A stretch of 62,935 bases of DNA, the filler included, from Craspedostauros australis (lineage: Eukaryota): assembly GCA_030167865.1 (NCBI GenBank). It is 9 parts of 9 records of this genome, joined end to end, with 100 filler letters (N's around TTAATTAATTAA, not from the genome) between each part and the next. Parts side by side here need not be neighbours in the genome. Positions count along the whole stretch, not along the records: positions 57,906 to 61,445 come from JALAGF010005629.1; positions 61,546 to 62,935 come from JALAGF010005633.1; 7 more parts are not named here. The stretch is one strand, 5' to 3'. Below the pieces are notes generated by a model that saw only the letters and a list, made by a program, of their open reading frames with translations, did no database searches and had not been told where the DNA came from. This document shows positions 58,513-62,935 of this stretch, piece after piece (position 1 is the stretch's first letter; each line of letters begins with the position of its first letter). The position numbers were made by a program, and so were the translations under genes.

Positions 58513-61445
58513 TCAAGAGCATGCATCGTTATTTTGTCCAGGGNAGTCGTTGGATGGGCTGTCGATGNTGTAGGTCCGGCCAGGAGAGCCGCTGCANATG
58601 TCTGTNGCCACGCAGTCCTGACAGTTGCTTGGAGCCGCGCAGGTGTTNGCNGCCACGACCAGATCATCAACCGCCAAGTTGGAGTTTGCAACACCGTTAC
58701 AGCTGTCTTGTGACAAGCATGTGCCACTGCCGATGGTGATACCACCGAGAGTCTTGAACGGGCCAGCATGAACATTCTGACTAGCGCGTTGTCCCTGACA
58801 AGCGTTCGTCCCCACGTCGATGTTGGCAAGCGTAGGCGTGGAGATACTGGCANNNNNNNNNNNNNNNNNNNNNNNNNNNNNNNNNNNNNNNNNNNNNNNN
58901 NNTGCAGCCAAGTTGTGTGGTTCATCTTCGGATATGATCCCTTGAAGTCGTGGGGGAAGGTACCATATCATGCTATACTAGTACATAGAAGTACGAGAAT
59001 GCACAACTGGCAAGGCGCGGCGCAGCACAGGATGCAAACGATTGTTCCACGACCGTATTGTAACATGTATTCTATTCTTCGATCATCGTGCCATATGCAA
59101 CGATGGAGTTGAGTTGAGCCATTCGTTCTGAATATGGATCGCATCCNTGCTGTCTTGCNGCTGNGGAAGATGCGACCGTATGAGCATGGGCGTACATGTG
59201 GACATGTCNNGATGTTTGTACTCCCACTCCTGTTCGCGCCCTGAGAGTGCGGTCTGCCATTTCATTTTTCAAGAGCATGCATCGTTATTTTGTCCAGGGA
59301 AGTCGTTGGATGGGCTGTCGATGGTGTAGGTCCGGCCAGGAGAGCCGCTGCATATGTCTGTTGCCACGCAGTCCTGACAGTTGCTTGGAGCCGCGCAGGT
59401 GTTTGCTGCCACGACCAGATCATCAACCGCCAAGTTGGAGTTTGCAACACCGTTACAGCTGTCTTGTGACAAGCATGTGCCACTGCCGATGGTGATACNN
59501 NNNNNNNNNNNNNNNNNNNNNNNNNNNNNNNNNNNNNNNNNNNNNNNNNNNNNNNNNNNNNNNNTCCCCACGTCGATGTTGGCAAGCGTAGGCGTGGAGA
59601 TACTGGCAGACTGGGCAGCGCAAATTCCATGGCCTTTGCAGCCATCCACGCCATTGCGTCCTCCGCTTTTCATCCGGATGTTGCCGTAGATGTTCTGCCC
59701 AAGATTCTCGCAGCTGTTTGTGCTGGTGCATGCAACTGGCCCGATGATCTGGTAGCCAATGGTGGCCGTGGGGCTGGGAGGGCTGGAAAAAGATCCAATA
59801 TTCTTGCAGGATTTTGGTCCCAGACAGCTGCTGAGGATGATGGCATCCTTCGAAACCTCTTTGCAGGAACTATCGCTTGCACATGAGTCCAGGGTGATGG
59901 TGATGTCGCTCCTGAGAGTCCAACCGAGAGTTCCTCGGCGGCAGGCCCCGCCCACAGCACCGCATCTCGTGGATAGGCTTGCAGCGTTCGCAGTGAGAAG
60001 GATGCCATCGCCGTCAAGAGCAGTGAGGATGGCTGCGATTGCTTGGGGGTCATTCTTAATGCGATCAAATCGCACCTGCGCCTGTTGCTGCGATGCCTGG
60101 CTGCCTTGGTCGTCATCGCATCCGAAGATGCTTTTCACGAACCTGTCCTTGTTCGTTGGGAGAGACTCGATGTTGTTGACGAATTGTGCGCATGTGCCCA
60201 CATCATCATCGCAGAGGACGATTGGTCCGGAGGTGAAGCCCGCAGCAACCTCCCCAGCCTCATTCAAGCAAAGGGTCTGCAGGGTGGTCTTGTTGATGGT
60301 TGGGGAGTTTGTTCGAACAAAAGTTGCCAGATTGGATGGCTGCTCTGTCGGAATCATCGTTGGGGTATCGCTTGCCAGCGGAGAAGGGGGCGAAAGCCGG
60401 GCAATCTGTTGGGCGTTGATCTTTGTTGATGCAAAATTGATCGACCCTTTCGCCCCTTACATAACCATCCACGTCTTTGGGGCAGGCGACGGCAGCATCG
60501 TAGATAATGAAGACTTCGNNNNNNNNNNNNNNNNNNNNNNNNNNNNNNNNNNNNNNNNNNNNNNNNNNTGGCCGTGGCGCTGGGAGGGCTGGAAAAAGAT
60601 CCAATATTCTTGCAGGATTTTGGTCCCAGACAGCTGCTGAGGATGATGGCATTCTTTGAAACCCCTTCGCAGGAACTATCGCTTGCACATGAGTCCAGGG
60701 TGATGGTGATGTCGCTCCTGAGAGTCCAACCGAGAGTTCCTCGGCGGCAGGCCCCGCCCACAGCACCGCATCTCGTGGATAGGCTTGCGGCGTTCGCAGT
60801 GAGAAGGATGCCATCGCCGTCAAGAGCAGTGAGGATGGCTGCGATTGCTTGGGGGTCATTCTTAATGCGATCGAATCGCACCTGCGCCTGTTGCTGCGAT
60901 GCCTGGCTGCCTTGGTCGTCATCGCATCCGAAGATGCTTTTCACAAACCTGTCCTTGTTCGTTGGGAGAGACTCGATGTCGTTGACAAATTGTGCGCATG
61001 TGCCCACATCATCATCGCAGAGGACGATTGGTCCGGAGGTGAAGCCCGCAGCAACCTCCCCAGCCTCATTCAAGCAAAGGGTCTGCAGGGTGGTCTTGTT
61101 GATGGTTGGGGAGTTTGTTCGAACAAAAGTTGCCAGATTGGATGGCTGCTCTGTNGGAATCATCGTTGGGGTATCGCTTGCCAGCGGAGAAGGGGGCGAA
61201 AGTCGGGCAATCTGTTGGGCGTTGATCTTTGTTGATGCAGAATTGATCGACCCTTTCGCCCCTTACATAACCATCCACGTCTTTGGGGCAGGCGACGGCA
61301 GCATCGTAGATAATGAAGACTTCGTTGCTGTCGCAGTTGGTTTTTGTCATGCATTCGTAGTACGCGCCGCCGCTGTCACAGCCATATTCTGGCACAATGA
61401 TGTCAGTCGTCGCTGAGTCACCGAATCCCAATCCTGCGCAAGCGT
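58513..61445 (-). CDS. Cys-rich extracellular-type protein with Pro/Thr linker; assembled as overlapping duplicates (main copy ends 59269) and frameshifted in a C5 run
   Basis: Repeated IGxxxCxxxxSCxxxG-like units; CPTFAP then SPLASDTPTMIPTEQPS in the shifted frame; 59760-60518 ~ 60569-61324 and 58298-58852 ~ 59055-59608. Confidence 0.6.
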
Positions 61446-61545
61446 NNNNNNNNNNNNNNNNNNNNNNNNNNNNNNNNNNNNNNNNNNNNTTAATTAATTA
61501 ANNNNNNNNNNNNNNNNNNNNNNNNNNNNNNNNNNNNNNNNNNNN

Positions 61546-62935
61546 TACCCTTGGGGCATCGCATGTAGATCTCCTCCTCGAGTTCTCCATGTAAGAATGC
61601 TGTCTCAAAGTCGATAATGATGCTGTCCAGGTGTAACAACATCTTCATTGTGAGCATGACGCGGTAGGTTGCGTCGTGTATCACTGGTGCGTGGTGTGCT
61701 GAGAAGTCAACTCCTGCAATCTGTGAGTATCCGCATGCGACGAGTCTTGCACGGAACACACCGTTCCTCTTCTCCTTGAACACCCATTTGGTCTTCACGC
61801 ATCGCCGATCCTTNNNNNNNNNNNNNNNNNNNNNNNNNNNNNNNNNNNNNNNNNNNNNNNNNNNNNNNNNNNNNNNNNNNNNNNNNTCCCGCCATTTCGT
61901 TCTCTTCTCAGGATCTGCATGATCCCAGCACTCCTCGAATGTGGTTGGGTCTAGCATCATTGCGACATTAGCTTGCTCGTACCCCTTTTCGAGTGATCGT
62001 TGGTCCAATTCTTGGCTCGCAGTGATGAAGTCGTCGAGTCTCATCTTACCGTGAGTAGTGTCTATCATCATACCTGCGACGTCTCTGTTGAATGTTGACC
62101 AATTCGTGTGAAAATCCTGTCCTGATGTTGCCAATGGTGTGGTAGTCGTTGTTGGAGTAGTCTCATTCTCTCCTTCATCTGATTCTGACTCTCCACTGGA
62201 TCCTAGGTCTCGTTCCTCCATTGGAATGGGTGAATTATTGAACCCCGCCAGAGCCTTCAGCATCCTTGGCATCCCTCTAACAGGTGTTGCGACTGGGACC
62301 TCGTCTGGATCGTGTGGTCTCTTCTCGTTGTCCCTTCCGGATTCATCGTCGTTATCATCGTACGAATCGTCATCCCCTTGGGTGGGGAGCAAGTCATCTT
62401 GCCCTTGAGCAGCGTCTTCTGTATCTANNNNNNTTCCGGCTCCTCTGCTCTGATCTGCGTCGTCGGTCTCCATTCCCTTGATGGTGTCCTCACGTCGCTC
62501 CCAAGTTACTCTATTGTTCGGGGAAGGTATCTCCGATGTAGAGTTGTCATCTTCCAGGTCTATTAGTACTGACCTGTTGGCGTTCGCAACACCCTTGAAC
62601 TGCCCATATGACTGGTTCATCCATGTCACGTCTCTTGTGATTAGGATTCTCGTTGTAGCTAGATTCATCATCCGNNNNNNNNNNNNNNNNNNNNNNNNNN
62701 NNNNNNNNNNNNNNNNNNNNNNNNTGACTGGTTCATCCATGTCACGTCTCTTGTGATTAGGATTCTCGTTGTAGCTAGATTCATCATCCGGTACACACCA
62801 CTAGCATGTGATTGGCCGTATCCAACGAACATAGCCGGTTTGGATCTGCTATCCAGCTTCGCCTTGATTGTTCGTCCTCCAATGTGGACCATACCTATTT
62901 CCCCGAATGTACGCAGTCCATCTACGTAGGTGGGG
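61546..62935 (-). mobile_element. Ty1/copia pol fragment (post-integrase SH3-like region and reverse transcriptase N-terminus)
   Basis: KLDSRSKPAMFVGY; DPTTFEECW; KTKWVFKEKRNGVFRARLVACGYSQIAGVDF; DFETAFLHGELEEEIYMRCPKG. Confidence 0.92.

Noticed and set aside
58298..61324. Tandem gene family of Cys-rich proteins
   Set aside because: Copies are near-identical, abut N gaps and carry ambiguous bases; more simply explained as uncollapsed alleles

Overview
Eukaryotic nuclear DNA, most likely from a diatom (GT-AG introns, bipartite signal+'ASAFAP'-like plastid presequences, a silaffin-like KxxK/RxL protein, diatom-type copia and LINE remnants). The window is not contiguous: eight artificial 100-bp spacers (N44-TTAATTAATTAA-N44) join nine separate scaffolds, and many ~50-N gaps are flanked by near-identical duplicated sequence (probable uncollapsed haplotypes). 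Two gene-rich scaffolds are present. Scaffold 9941-29069 carries a silaffin-like secreted protein, a lumenal FKBP, a degenerate mitochondrial cyclophilin, a head-to-head plastid fabH/fabB pair, a secreted cereblon-like (CULT) protein and a TSD-flanked 5'-truncated LINE. Scaffold 38191-57805 carries three adjacent damaged genes (ankyrin-BTB, saccharopine-dehydrogenase-like, lumenal protein), a Myb1R factor, an ABCC transporter, a RING-less NSE1 and a palindrome-rich MITE. The rest comprises a COG3899-like STAND/AAA ATPase, a PIF/Harbinger-type element with TIRs and a CAG TSD, copia fragments, an argA-like fragment and a frameshifted Cys-rich extracellular protein. All family assignments come from motif recognition by eye; no database searches were run.
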